Of a DNA stretch of 64,000 nt, positions 43,239 to 55,698 are shown piece after piece (position 1 is the stretch's first letter; each line of letters opens with the position of its first letter). Made by a program: the position numbers and the translations under genes. The notes beneath the pieces are model-generated. The model did not search any database. It was given only the letters and a program-made list of their open reading frames with translations, and was not told the origin of the DNA. Source of the stretch: Escherichia phage AV117. The stretch lies in sequence record OR352947.1; one strand, written 5' to 3'.

Positions 43239-45494
43239 TTAAAGCTTACAAGCAGAACAATCTTCAGCTTTAGGTGTTTCTAATTCATAGTCATCTGTAC
43301 CTGACCCATCACGAGTGTTATGATAGTAGAGATTTTTTCCACCAAAGTACCAGAAGTAAAGCAGATCGTCAAGCATTACTGACATTGGCACTTTACCTTT
43401 CTCAAATACTGCAGGGTCATAGTAAGTATTAGCAGAAGCAGATTGGCACACCCATTTCAACATGATAGCAACTTGGGTCAAATAAGGTTTATTACCTTTC
43501 TTAGCAAGTTTCCACGCGTAGTCATAAAGACCCATGTTATGTTCTATATTAGGAACAACCTGACGGAAGTTGCCTTCTTTAGATTCTTTAATACTTACCG
43601 GACCGCGCGGGGGCTCAATCCCGTTTGTAGAGTTTGATACTTGACTGCTTGACTCACAAGGCATGAGTGCAGACAACGTTGAGTTACGAATTCCATGTTC
43701 TTTGAGTTCAGCTCGAAGTTCTTCCCAGTCACAGACGTAGTTCGGGGCTGCGATTTGGTCAATCTTTTTATTGTACCAGTCGATAGGTAATTCGCCTCTA
43801 GACCATTTAGTGTCTGAATAATACTCGCAACATCCTTTTTCTTTGGCGAGTTTGATTGAAGCTTTGATAAGGCCATATTGCAATCTCTCAAACAATTCAT
43901 GAGTCAAATCGTTAGCGTCTTCATATGAAGCAAAGTTGGAAGCTAACCATGCAGCATAGTTCGTAACACCAACACCAAGATTACGACGCTTTTTAGCTTT
44001 TAAAGCTTCTGGAACCGGATAATCTTGATAGTCTAACAGGTTATCAAGTGCACGTACTTGTACTTCGGCAAGTTCATTAATTTTGTCTTGGTCTTGCCAA
44101 TCAAATTTATCTAATACAAAAGCAGATAATGTGCATAAACCAATTTCAGCATCGGGACCATTCACATCATTAGTTGGAATAGCGATTTCACAACATAAGT
44201 TACTCTGACGAATTGGAGCTTTTTCACGAATAAATGGAGTATAGTTATTAGTGTTATCAACAAACTGTGGATAAATTCGAGCAGTACCAGAACGTTCAGT
44301 CATGAACAATTCAAAGAGTTCTAGTGCTTTGATTCTTTTCTTTCTGATTGTCGGGTCTTTTTCAGCTTTCTCATAAAGCTCACGGAATTTATCTTGATCT
44401 TCAAAGAACGAGTAGTATAGTTCGCCTGACATTTCGTGAGGGCTAAATAAAGTAATATAATCATTTTTACCAAGGCGTTCCATCATGAGGTCATTAATCT
44501 GAATTCCGTAGTCCATATGTCGAATACGGTTTTCATCCACGCCTTTGTTATTTTTCAGAACTAATAGGTTCTCTACTTCTAAGTGCCACATCGGATAATA
44601 CGCTGTAGCAGCACCACCACGAATACCACCTTGAGAACAAGATTTTACTGCAGTTTGGAAATGTTTCCAGAATGGAATAACACCTGTATGTCGAACTTCA
44701 CCCATACCGATCTTAGAACCTTCTGCACGAAGCATACCAACGTTGATACCGATACCAGCTCGTTTAGAAATATATTCAATAATTGATGCTGAAGTTTTGT
44801 TAATAGATTTTAACGAATCACCGGCTTCAATAACTACACAACTAGAGAACTGGCGAGTCGGAGTACGAGCACCTGCCATAATTGGGGTTGGCAATGAAAC
44901 TTGATGAGTAGAAACGGCATCATAAAAACGAATAATATGTTTCAAACGGTCATGAGTTTCGTCTTGGTGTAAGGCCATACCAATAGCCATGATAGCAAAC
45001 TGTGGAGTTTCATAAATCTTCCCAGTTGTTTTATCTTTAACTAGATATTTTTCTTTAAGCTGCATAGCACCAGCATAAGTCAGGTCAAAGTCTCGTTCAT
45101 GTTTAATCTGTGAATCGAGATAAATGATTTCTTCTGCTGAATATTGAGACAACAGCTCAGGGTCATATTTGCCTTCATTAACACAGTAAGAAATATGGTC
45201 GATAAAAGCAGGCGGTTCAAACTGCCCGTATACATCTTTACGAAGTGCAAACATTAATCCTTTAGCGGCGACATACTGATAATCAGGGTCTTCGACAGAA
45301 ATCAAGTTAGCTGCAACTTTAATACAAATCTTCTGAATATCTTTGGTGCTCATCCCATCGACAAGATGGGTCTTAATTTCTTCGTATAATTCATATGGGT
45401 CAATTTGTGTTCCTTCACATTGCCAAGTTAAAACTTGAATAATTTTCTGTGCATCAAAATTTTGAGATACACCACTGCTCTTAGTTACTTGCAT
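43239..45494 (-). CDS. nrdA: ribonucleotide reductase large subunit
   Basis: 751 aa; C-terminal CSAC redox pair; synteny. Confidence 0.95.
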   Translation of the reverse strand: MQVTKSSGVSQNFDAQKIIQVLTWQCEGTQIDPYELYEEIKTHLVDGMSTKDIQKICIKVAANLISVEDPDYQYVAAKGLMFALRKDVYGQFEPPAFIDHISYCVNEGKYDPELLSQYSAEEIIYLDSQIKHERDFDLTYAGAMQLKEKYLVKDKTTGKIYETPQFAIMAIGMALHQDETHDRLKHIIRFYDAVSTHQVSLPTPIMAGARTPTRQFSSCVVIEAGDSLKSINKTSASIIEYISKRAGIGINVGMLRAEGSKIGMGEVRHTGVIPFWKHFQTAVKSCSQGGIRGGAATAYYPMWHLEVENLLVLKNNKGVDENRIRHMDYGIQINDLMMERLGKNDYITLFSPHEMSGELYYSFFEDQDKFRELYEKAEKDPTIRKKRIKALELFELFMTERSGTARIYPQFVDNTNNYTPFIREKAPIRQSNLCCEIAIPTNDVNGPDAEIGLCTLSAFVLDKFDWQDQDKINELAEVQVRALDNLLDYQDYPVPEALKAKKRRNLGVGVTNYAAWLASNFASYEDANDLTHELFERLQYGLIKASIKLAKEKGCCEYYSDTKWSRGELPIDWYNKKIDQIAAPNYVCDWEELRAELKEHGIRNSTLSALMPCESSSQVSNSTNGIEPPRGPVSIKESKEGNFRQVVPNIEHNMGLYDYAWKLAKKGNKPYLTQVAIMLKWVCQSASANTYYDPAVFEKGKVPMSVMLDDLLYFWYFGGKNLYYHNTRDGSGTDDYELETPKAEDCSACKL

Positions 45495-45790
45495 ATGTCC
45501 TCTATATTAAATTCATCTTTAAAAAGTTTATTAACCACTAGAGCTATTATATCACCATGACAGGCTTTTGGTTTACATGTGCATCCTAATCGCATCCCAC
45601 GTAAAGGTTCAAGATGAGCTTTTGTGATTTCTCCGCTTCTAATTCTTTTAATAAAATCCTTTTTGAAAAGCTCAATAGCTTCTTCTCGAGAAGAGGCCTC
45701 CTTGCCTACATAATTTCCCCAGAATGTGCCACGATGAATATTAACATCAAAATCTGATTTGTATTTATTCACTACGCGGCATATTTTCAT
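45485..45790 (-). CDS. hypothetical protein with C-x-C...C-H-G-D motif
   Basis: 101 aa; LGCTCKPKACHGD cluster suggests metal binding. Confidence 0.5.
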   Translation of the reverse strand: MKICRVVNKYKSDFDVNIHRGTFWGNYVGKEASSREEAIELFKKDFIKRIRSGEITKAHLEPLRGMRLGCTCKPKACHGDIIALVVNKLFKDEFNIEDICK

Positions 45791-46008
45791 GTTACGTCAA
45801 CCTCAAACCAACAGTCATAAACATTATCCAAAAGATTATGCTTATTATATTCATACACCTTTGTAACAGAGAGAACTCTCTCTTCAAAGCCGTCGACATT
45901 AATTGTCTCAGTTTTAATAGGGAGCTCAAGAGGATTAGCATTATAAAGTTCAGCTAACACCTTTTTACTACCATGTCCTTTACGAACAATACGAATATTG
46001 ATACCCAT
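45787..46008 (-). CDS. hypothetical protein
   Basis: 73 aa ORF coupled to neighbours. Confidence 0.5.
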   Translation of the reverse strand: MGINIRIVRKGHGSKKVLAELYNANPLELPIKTETINVDGFEERVLSVTKVYEYNKHNLLDNVYDCWFEVDVT

Positions 46009-46256
46009 TAGTTATGTTCCAATTCTTCATATTCTTTAGGTGTCAAGACTGTGATATCAAAATAAACCAACGGTTCTTTTTCTATACCGTAACCACCACA
46101 AAATTCACGATATTCATAAATTCGTTCGTGTGAATAACAAATGAATCGTTCACCTTTAACTGTGATTTCACTATTCGGTGAAGGGATATCCAGTTCACTT
46201 GGATTTTTCATTTCAAAAATTGTGGTGCCATATGAATTAATAAAACGTAAAATCAT
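46008..46256 (-). CDS. hypothetical protein
   Basis: 82 aa ORF directly downstream of td. Confidence 0.5.
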   Translation of the reverse strand: MILRFINSYGTTIFEMKNPSELDIPSPNSEITVKGERFICYSHERIYEYREFCGGYGIEKEPLVYFDITVLTPKEYEELEHN

Positions 46257-47952
<1,696 letters not shown>

Positions 47953-48015
47953 TTTATTCTCCTCTTCACTTTTATTTGATAGGACTACTATAACATAGCC
48001 CTATCTTGTTGTAAA

Positions 48016-48420
48016 CTACTTTTTAAAAGTTTTTTGCAAAAGTTTGATGATTTCGTCGACGTTGGTTTCATCTACGATACAATGGATTTTTGTTACACCT
48101 AAAGTTATACCTTCGTTAGTAGGTTGAGGTTTTACTAAATCTACCTCAGTAAAGTACTCAATAAAGTATTTGAACTCGTCAGGATAAATCTCAAAATAAG
48201 TTTCAATTTCACCACCAGCGGAACATACAGTACCGTCTTCCATGGTTACACTTACTACGTTTGGCGTATCGCCATCATAATCAGGTTCCATTCCATTTAC
48301 AACAAAACTAGGTCCGTGGAGTTCAATCAATTTTAACATCTTAGCGTTATTGTGTGGTGCTTCTTGAACAAAGTCGTCTTTAAACAAAGGGTTAATGATA
48401 TAAGATTTTCCGATTTCCAT
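48016..48420 (-). CDS. hypothetical protein (frd.2 position)
   Basis: 134 aa ORF. Confidence 0.55.
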   Translation of the reverse strand: MEIGKSYIINPLFKDDFVQEAPHNNAKMLKLIELHGPSFVVNGMEPDYDGDTPNVVSVTMEDGTVCSAGGEIETYFEIYPDEFKYFIEYFTEVDLVKPQPTNEGITLGVTKIHCIVDETNVDEIIKLLQKTFKK

Positions 48421-48504
48421 TTTGATTTCCTCATGTTGTTGATAGAACTATAATATCACATCTAGTGAAGAAGTAAACAACTTTTTTGGCAATTTACAGA
48501 TACT

Positions 48505-48527
48505 CAAAAGGGAGACCGAAGTCTCCC
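48505..48527 (-). terminator. gene 32 terminator (C(UUCG)G tetraloop hairpin)
   Basis: minus-sense GGGAGAC-UUCG-GUCUCCC then UUUUG, directly after the gene 32 stop. Confidence 0.85.
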
Positions 48528-48533
48528 AATTTA

Positions 48534-49433
48534 TTATAGACCAGCTAACAGGTCATCGAGGTCGCCATCGTCAGAAGACGAGGAACTCATGAAGTCATCT
48601 TCAGTTTTTGCAGAACTAAAGGCTTCCATGTCTTTATCAAAATCGTCAAGGTCAGAAGCAACTTTATCTGCAACAGAAGCTGCTGCGGCTGCTGCACCAC
48701 CAAGAGCGGCAGTACCAAGAACTTGATTAAATTTAGTATTCAATTCTTCAAACGATTTGAACTTATCTTTAGAAGTCATTTCAGAAAGGTCAACCATTTG
48801 TTCGAACAATTCTTTCTGGAAAGATTCATCATCAATGTTTGGAATCGCAGATTGATTCAGGAATTTAGATTCGTCGTAGTTACTGAAACCAGAAACCTGT
48901 TTAACTTTCAGCACAAAGTTAGCACCTTCCCATGGGCAAGTTACATCAACAGGAGTTTCACCCATTTCAGTATCGACTGCAATCATTGCATTGATTTTGT
49001 CCCAAATCTTTTTACCAAAACGGTATTTGAATACTTTACCTTCGTTATCTGGAGCTTGTGGGTCTTTAACAACCAGGATATTAGCCCAATAAGAAGTTTT
49101 ACGTTTCAGTTGAGAATATTCTGTTTTGTTTGTATTGTACAGATCATTTTTACTAATGTACTGACATACTGGACAAGAGTCGTAATCGCCGTGTGTAGAT
49201 GAACAGGTTTCAATATACCATTTGCCGTTTTTCTTGAACCCGTGGTTAACAAGAATTGCAAACGGAAGTGCATCATCTGTTTTTGCCGGCAGGAAACGAA
49301 TTACCGCTTGACCATTACCGGATGCATCGAGTTTCAGCTTCCATTCACCTTTATCTTCTGAAGAGAAACCTTTGTTACCATTCAGTTTAGCCATCTGAGC
49401 TGCGAGGTCTGCGGTACTTTTACGTTTAAACAT
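48534..49433 (-). CDS. 32: single-stranded DNA-binding protein gp32
   Basis: 299 aa; near-identical to recalled T4 gp32 including zinc site [11 protein letters not shown] and acidic C-terminus; classic UUCG terminator downstream. Confidence 0.97.
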   Translation of the reverse strand: MFKRKSTADLAAQMAKLNGNKGFSSEDKGEWKLKLDASGNGQAVIRFLPAKTDDALPFAILVNHGFKKNGKWYIETCSSTHGDYDSCPVCQYISKNDLYNTNKTEYSQLKRKTSYWANILVVKDPQAPDNEGKVFKYRFGKKIWDKINAMIAVDTEMGETPVDVTCPWEGANFVLKVKQVSGFSNYDESKFLNQSAIPNIDDESFQKELFEQMVDLSEMTSKDKFKSFEELNTKFNQVLGTAALGGAAAAAASVADKVASDLDDFDKDMEAFSSAKTEDDFMSSSSSDDGDLDDLLAGL

Positions 49434-49550
49434 TTTATTTGCCTTTATTTAGATTATTAATTAAATTTTACAGTTGGTTGCTACGACACTTATACCTCGT
49501 AGCTGGTATGTTTTATTTATACGGTAATTCTAACACAGATAAAATAAAGC

Positions 49551-50204
49551 TTAATACTTACATGATTTGATTGTTTCTATGAACAATTTCTTAGCGGCAT
49601 TTCCATCGATTTGAAGTATTTTTCGATATGCCTTTAATTTGGTAGAATAATTTTGCCAGACTAAGTTATCGGTGAGTTCGTCGTGCTTATCTATAATATT
49701 CAAAAATGAGTCCAACAATAAGAAAGTCTCAAATGAGATTATATTGCTTTGTAGCAATTTGAATATGTAGCTCGACTGAACGTTGTTATTATAATCAAAT
49801 ATCTCTTGAAGCGCACTAACTTCAACTTTCTTACTGAAATAGTAGATGTTACGTACGTCTTCAGCAAACGTCTCCTTGGCTTGTTTGAGACGTCCAATAT
49901 ATTCCCTATAGAAAACTAATGCATCAGCGTCTGATATCTCACCAATCCATGCGTCTTGGTTAGCAACTAAGTTGCTTATGAATATCAAGGTGAGTTCCTT
50001 CAATTTATATTTCTCTGCTAGTTTTTCAAAGAAATATTTATCTCGGCGTTTTTGATACGCATTATCCGAAACACGCATGCACCAGTTATATTTGATTACG
50101 TCATACCGACCATTAAAATGTTGTTTGCACATCAAGTATAGTTTGTATACCGATTTTCCGTTAATATAACGTTCTCCATCAGGAGGCATGCGTATTTTAA
50201 TCAT
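49551..50204 (-). CDS. 59: helicase loader gp59
   Basis: 217 aa, exactly T4 gp59 length, next to gene 32. Confidence 0.88.
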   Translation of the reverse strand: MIKIRMPPDGERYINGKSVYKLYLMCKQHFNGRYDVIKYNWCMRVSDNAYQKRRDKYFFEKLAEKYKLKELTLIFISNLVANQDAWIGEISDADALVFYREYIGRLKQAKETFAEDVRNIYYFSKKVEVSALQEIFDYNNNVQSSYIFKLLQSNIISFETFLLLDSFLNIIDKHDELTDNLVWQNYSTKLKAYRKILQIDGNAAKKLFIETIKSCKY

Positions 50205-50539
50205 AATAAGAAATCTAACGTATTAGTTTTTTCACCACGAGCAACTGATGGGCGAAGCATGTTTTCGTCAATTGCTTCGCTTGTAATTTTTTCAACAATT
50301 CCTGTAGGAATAAATTTAGCAAATTGTGTTTCTGGAATAGAATTTTCTTCCAAGAAAGCAGTTGTTGCTTCTAAATAAGACATACCAAATTGTTCAACCA
50401 TGGATTCGATAATGAATCCGTTTTCTTGTCGGTCAAGCAATTTAGCGATATCATCTTTATCGTGTTTTACTGCTAATTCTTGTTCAGATAAACCGGCCTC
50501 ATCAACCGGTTTAATATCACTTAGTGAAAACTGTGTCAT
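50201..50539 (-). CDS. 33: late transcription co-activator gp33
   Basis: 112 aa, T4 gp33 length and position. Confidence 0.85.
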   Translation of the reverse strand: MTQFSLSDIKPVDEAGLSEQELAVKHDKDDIAKLLDRQENGFIIESMVEQFGMSYLEATTAFLEENSIPETQFAKFIPTGIVEKITSEAIDENMLRPSVARGEKTNTLDFLL

Positions 50540-50804
50540 AAAGCTCGACTACCTCTTCGTTTTCAGCTTCAAATTGGTCACGAGCGTCTTTATGATAAAG
50601 AGCTAACAAACGATTAAACATTTTTCCATCGACGCCAAGCTCTTCTTTAGCACGAGTACGAATGTCTTTAATCAGTTCATTATAACCAGAAATTTTAAGT
50701 TTGTTATCGGAAGCTTCCTTGACTAGTTTAGCCAGTTCTTCACCATGCACATCTTGATTAAATTCAACTGCTTCTTTCTTAGCCATGTTTACCTCAGAAT
50801 TCAT
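50517..50804 (-). CDS. dsbA: dsDNA-binding protein DsbA
   Basis: 95 aa ORF between 33 and rnh. Confidence 0.75.
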   Translation of the reverse strand: MNSEVNMAKKEAVEFNQDVHGEELAKLVKEASDNKLKISGYNELIKDIRTRAKEELGVDGKMFNRLLALYHKDARDQFEAENEEVVELYDTVFTK

Positions 50805-51711
50805 TAATTACACTTGTTAATTTAGAAAGACCAGATTTTACAAAGTATGAATAAATCTTGCCTTTAGGTTGTGGTTTATATGAGTTATAATACTCTATAA
50901 TGGTTGAAGCAATATTATCAGGGATATAATCAAAATCAATGAGAACCAAATTTTCTTGATACCGTTTATATTCTTCTGCACTTAATAATACTTCAGCTTG
51001 AGAACGGTCATTGGCAATTGCTTCAATAATCGTTGTTTTCATGCTCGGAGTTCGTTCACCATCAACTCTGGTAAACCAGAAGTCGCCACGAACTCGAACA
51101 GATGCAACGCCATCTTTACGGTCGCCTTTAAGAATTTTAGTCATGCAATCAATTTCAGCAGAGCCGTTCTTAATTTTAACCCATTTTTTCTGTGGCGGCG
51201 ACCACTGTTTAACGTTAGGATATTTGTGTAATTGTGTAAAGTCACCATCTGATGCAACAATACATACCTTATGTCCAGCTAATGACAAATATTTAGTTAA
51301 TACACCGATATGGTCATCCGCTTCATATTTGTCAATATCCATTACAACGTATGGCATGTATTTCTTAATCTCATCAACAACTTGACGGAGCGCAGTAAAA
51401 TATCCTTCCCAATCCCACTTTGAAGCTTCACGATCGGTTTTACGATTTTTCTTGTAATAGTAAGCAAAGTCACGACGCCAATAACCTGAAGTAGCATTAT
51501 CCATACACAATACAAATTTTGTATAGCCTTGCTTACGGAACATCACTACGTTTTTACGAATTGAATTCAAGATTACATGGCGAACCATCGGAACAGTAAT
51601 TTTATCGCCGTCTTCAAAGTTGTTTAATGCAGCTGCTAATGCAATATTACTAAAGTCGGCAAGTGCAATACCTTCTTTGTAATCTTCATCCAACATCATT
51701 TCTAAATCCAT
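50794..51711 (-). CDS. rnh: RNase H / 5'-3' exonuclease (FEN family)
   Basis: 305 aa, exactly T4 Rnh length, adjacent to gene 34. Confidence 0.88.
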   Translation of the reverse strand: MDLEMMLDEDYKEGIALADFSNIALAAALNNFEDGDKITVPMVRHVILNSIRKNVVMFRKQGYTKFVLCMDNATSGYWRRDFAYYYKKNRKTDREASKWDWEGYFTALRQVVDEIKKYMPYVVMDIDKYEADDHIGVLTKYLSLAGHKVCIVASDGDFTQLHKYPNVKQWSPPQKKWVKIKNGSAEIDCMTKILKGDRKDGVASVRVRGDFWFTRVDGERTPSMKTTIIEAIANDRSQAEVLLSAEEYKRYQENLVLIDFDYIPDNIASTIIEYYNSYKPQPKGKIYSYFVKSGLSKLTSVINEF

Positions 51712-51776
51712 ATGAACCTCTTGTTCAGTTAGTCAACTTGACTATAGTAACATACTCATTTGAAAGCGTAAACTGG

Positions 51777-51784
51777 TATAAATA
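51777..51784 (+). promoter_or_regulatory. late promoter motif upstream of gene 34
   Basis: exact TATAAATA about 30 nt before the ATG. Confidence 0.6.
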
Positions 51785-51814
51785 AGTATTATTGAAACAA
51801 TAAAGGAAAAACGA

Positions 51815-54800
51815 ATGGCCGACATCAAACGTAAGTTCAGAGCCGAAGACGGTCTGGACGCCGGTGGCGACAAGATTGTTAACGTAGCATTAGCCGACCG
51901 TACAGTAGGTACTGATGGCGTAAACGTTGACTTCCTGGTACAAGAAAACACCGTTCAAGTATATGATTCTACGCGTGGATATAACAAAGGATTTGTTGTT
52001 CTTTATGACAACCGTTTATATCAAGCAATAAATGATATCGTGTCTCCTTCCGGGGCATTTAACCTTTTACAATGGCGTGCAGTTCGTACCGATGCACAAT
52101 GGATAACTGTCTCTTCTGGGACTTATCAACTTTCTTCAGGTGATTCTATTTCGGTTAACACTGGGGCCGGCAATGATATGGTTTTCACGTTGCCAAATGC
52201 GCCGGTTGATGGTGATACTGTTGTTTTGGCTGATATTGGTGGAAGAACCGGGACAGTTAAAGTACAGATTAACGCGTCTGTGCAGAGTATTTTAAACTTT
52301 AGAGGTGAACAAGTTCGTACAGTTTTAATGACGCGTCCACGTTCACAACTATTGTTTGTGTTTAGTAATCGTTTGTGGCAGATGTATATCATTGATTACG
52401 GTAAAGAATCAATCACTGTTACACCTGCGACACCATATCAAGCACAAGCAAATGATTTTATCGTTCGTCGTTTTACTAGTGCAGCACCAATCAACATTAC
52501 ACTTCCACGTAATGCTAACAATGGCGATATAATCAGCCTAGTCGATTTAGATAAATTAAACCCACTGTATCATACAATTGTTAAAACATTTGATGATACA
52601 ACGTCTATTGGTGAAGTCGGGACTCATATTGCCGAAGGCAGAAATGACTCTGACGCGTTTTTTGTTTTTGATGCTTCAAATAGTTTATGGCGTATATGGG
52701 AAGGCGACCAGAAATCGCGTCTTCGTATTATCCGTGCTGATTCAAATATTCGTCCAAATGAAGAAGTTCTTATTTTTGGCACAAATAACGCTACAACCGG
52801 AACTATTAATCTTACGCTGCCTACTGGAATTTTGAGTGGTGACACTGTTAAAATTTCAATGAACTACATGCGTAAAGGCCAAACAGTAAAAATTAAAGCT
52901 GCCGAAGGTGATACAATTGCTTCTTCTGTTGCGTTGCTTCAGTTCCCTAAACGTTCTGAATATCCACCTGATGCTCAATGGGTCTCTGTTACTGAACTAG
53001 AATTCAATGGCACTACTTCATATGTTCCTGTATTAGAATTATCGTATATCGAAGACACCGTTGCTGGTACACGTTATTGGGTTGTTCAACAAAACGTCCC
53101 AACTGTAGAACGTGTTGATGCTGGATCTGATGCCACACGAGCTCGTTTAGGTGTTATTGCTCTTGCTACTCAAGCGCAAGCAAATGTTGATTTAGAGAAT
53201 ACTCCAGCTAAAGAAGTTGCTATTACTCCTGAAACGTTGGCAAATCGTACAGCAACTGAAGCTCGACGTGGTATCGCTAAAATTGCTACAACAGCACAAG
53301 TTAACCAGAATTCCACAGCATCATTTGTGGACGATACTATTGTTACGCCTAAAAAACTAAATGAGCGTACAGCAACTGAAACTCGCCGCGGTCTTGCTGA
53401 AATTGCTACTCAGACTGAAACCGATGCTGGTCTTGATGACACAACGATTATTACACCTAAGAAATTGCAGGCACGTCAGGGCTCTGAAACGCTGTCTGGT
53501 ATAGTTAAATATGTATCGACTACTTCTGCTACTCCTGCTGAAACTCGTGGGGCCGCAGGCACTAACGTTTATAATAAAACCGTAAATAATTTAACTATTT
53601 CTCCTAAAGCCCTTGACCAATATAAAGCAACTTATGCTCAACAAGGTGCAGTAATTTTAGCTGTTGATAGTGAAGTAATTGCTGGTCAATCCCAAGCAGG
53701 TTATTCTCACGCTGTAGTAACTCCTGAAACACTACATAAGAAAACTTCTACTGATGGACGTATTGGTTTAATTGAAATTGCTACGCAAGCAGAAACTAAT
53801 GCTGGGACTGATTATACACGTGCAGTAACGCCTAAGACGTTAAATGATAGGAGAGCGACGGAAGGATTATCCGGCATAGCCGAAATTGCTACGCAAGTTG
53901 AATTTGATACTGGAACTGATGATACTCGTATCTCAACTCCACTGAAAATTAAAACTCATTTTGATTCTTCTGACCGTACCAGTGTTAATTCTGATTCCGG
54001 ACTTATTGAAGAAGGAACCTTGTGGAACCATTATACTCTTGATATTTCTAAAGCAAATGAAACACAACGTGGTACACTTCGCGTAGCGACACAGGCAGAA
54101 TCTAATGCAGGAACTTTAGATGATGTTCTTATTACTCCTAAAAAGCTTTTAGGGACTAAGTCCACTGAAACGTCTGAAGGTGTAATCAAGGTTGCTACTC
54201 AGGCTGAAACTGTAACAGGAACTTCTGCTAATACTGCTGTATCTCCTAAGAATTTAAAATGGATTGTGCAGAGTGAACCAGCATGGGCTGCTACTACAGC
54301 AATTCGCGGATTCGTTAAAACTTCATCCGGTTCTATTACATTCGTTGGTAATGATACGGTTGGTTCTACACAGAACTTAGAGCTATACGAGAAAAATAGC
54401 TATGCAGTATCACCATATGAATTAAACCGTGTACTTGCTAACTATTTGCCATTAAAAGCAAAAGCTGCTGACACGAATTTATTAGATGGTCTAGATTCAT
54501 CTCAGTTCATTCGTAGGGACATTGCACAGACGGTTAATGGTTCACTAACCTTAACTCAACAAACGAATCTGAGTGCCCCTCTTGTATCATCTAGTACGGC
54601 TACGTTTGGTGGTTCGGTATCTGCTAATAGTACATTAACTATTTCTAATACAGGTGCTTCAACTCGCTTAATATTTGAAAAAGGTCCACAAACTGGAAAC
54701 AACCCTGCTCAGGCGATGAATATCCGTGTATGGGGTAACCAATTCGCCGGCGGTTCTGATACATCTCGTGCTACGATATTTGAAGTTGGTGATGAAACAT

Positions 54801-55690
54801 CTAACCACTTTTATTCACAACGGGATAACCTTGGTAATATTACTTTCAGCATCAACGGTACAGTTCGGCCGATAAATGTCAATGCTTCGGGTTCTTTGAA
54901 CGCGAACGGCGTTGCAACATTTGGTAGTTCAGTTACTGCTAATGGTGAATTCATCAGCAAATCGTCGAATGCTTTTAGAGCTATTAGTGGTAATTACGGA
55001 TTCTTTATTCGTAATGATGGTGCTAATGTCTATTTTATGCTCACTGCATCCGGTGATCAGACTGGCGGATTTAATGGATTACGTCCTTTAGCTATTAATA
55101 ATGCATCTGGTCAAGTAACGATTGGTGAAGGGCTTGTTATTGCTAAAGGAGTCACTATTAACTCTGGCGGATTAACGGTTTATCCAGGAATTCGTTCACA
55201 AGGTTCTAAAACTGCTGACCTATACACCCGTGCACCAACATCTGATACTGTAGGATTCTGGTCAATTGATATTAACGATTCAGCCACTTATAACCAGTTC
55301 CCAGGTTATTTTAAAATGGTTGAAAAAACTAATGAGGTGACTGGACTTCCATACTTAGAACGTGGCGAAGAAGTTAAATCTCCTGGTACTTTGACTCAGT
55401 TTGGTAATACGCTTGATTCTCTTTACCAAGATTGGATTACTTATCCAACAACTCCAGAAGCACGTACAACCCGTTGGACACGTACATGGCAGAAAACTAA
55501 AAATTCTTGGTCGAGTTTTGTTCAGGTATTTGATGGTGGAAACCCTCCTCAACCTTCTGATATTGGCGCTTTACCTTCTGATAATGCAACAATAGGAAAC
55601 TTGACAATAAGAGATTTCTTAAGGATTGGTAACGTCCGCATTATTCCAGACCCTGTGAATAAATCTGTTAAATTCGAGTGGATTGAATAA
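51815..55690 (+). CDS. 34: long tail fibre proximal subunit gp34
   Basis: 1291 aa, TATAAATA upstream, T4 gp34 size and position. Confidence 0.95.
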   Translation: MADIKRKFRAEDGLDAGGDKIVNVALADRTVGTDGVNVDFLVQENTVQVYDSTRGYNKGFVVLYDNRLYQAINDIVSPSGAFNLLQWRAVRTDAQWITVSSGTYQLSSGDSISVNTGAGNDMVFTLPNAPVDGDTVVLADIGGRTGTVKVQINASVQSILNFRGEQVRTVLMTRPRSQLLFVFSNRLWQMYIIDYGKESITVTPATPYQAQANDFIVRRFTSAAPINITLPRNANNGDIISLVDLDKLNPLYHTIVKTFDDTTSIGEVGTHIAEGRNDSDAFFVFDASNSLWRIWEGDQKSRLRIIRADSNIRPNEEVLIFGTNNATTGTINLTLPTGILSGDTVKISMNYMRKGQTVKIKAAEGDTIASSVALLQFPKRSEYPPDAQWVSVTELEFNGTTSYVPVLELSYIEDTVAGTRYWVVQQNVPTVERVDAGSDATRARLGVIALATQAQANVDLENTPAKEVAITPETLANRTATEARRGIAKIATTAQVNQNSTASFVDDTIVTPKKLNERTATETRRGLAEIATQTETDAGLDDTTIITPKKLQARQGSETLSGIVKYVSTTSATPAETRGAAGTNVYNKTVNNLTISPKALDQYKATYAQQGAVILAVDSEVIAGQSQAGYSHAVVTPETLHKKTSTDGRIGLIEIATQAETNAGTDYTRAVTPKTLNDRRATEGLSGIAEIATQVEFDTGTDDTRISTPLKIKTHFDSSDRTSVNSDSGLIEEGTLWNHYTLDISKANETQRGTLRVATQAESNAGTLDDVLITPKKLLGTKSTETSEGVIKVATQAETVTGTSANTAVSPKNLKWIVQSEPAWAATTAIRGFVKTSSGSITFVGNDTVGSTQNLELYEKNSYAVSPYELNRVLANYLPLKAKAADTNLLDGLDSSQFIRRDIAQTVNGSLTLTQQTNLSAPLVSSSTATFGGSVSANSTLTISNTGASTRLIFEKGPQTGNNPAQAMNIRVWGNQFAGGSDTSRATIFEVGDETSNHFYSQRDNLGNITFSINGTVRPINVNASGSLNANGVATFGSSVTANGEFISKSSNAFRAISGNYGFFIRNDGANVYFMLTASGDQTGGFNGLRPLAINNASGQVTIGEGLVIAKGVTINSGGLTVYPGIRSQGSKTADLYTRAPTSDTVGFWSIDINDSATYNQFPGYFKMVEKTNEVTGLPYLERGEEVKSPGTLTQFGNTLDSLYQDWITYPTTPEARTTRWTRTWQKTKNSWSSFVQVFDGGNPPQPSDIGALPSDNATIGNLTIRDFLRIGNVRIIPDPVNKSVKFEWIE

Positions 55691-55698
55691 GAGGTATT

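Noticed and set aside
48723-49202. 159-aa plus-strand ORF inside gene 32
   Set aside because: Antisense to the near-invariant gp32 coding sequence
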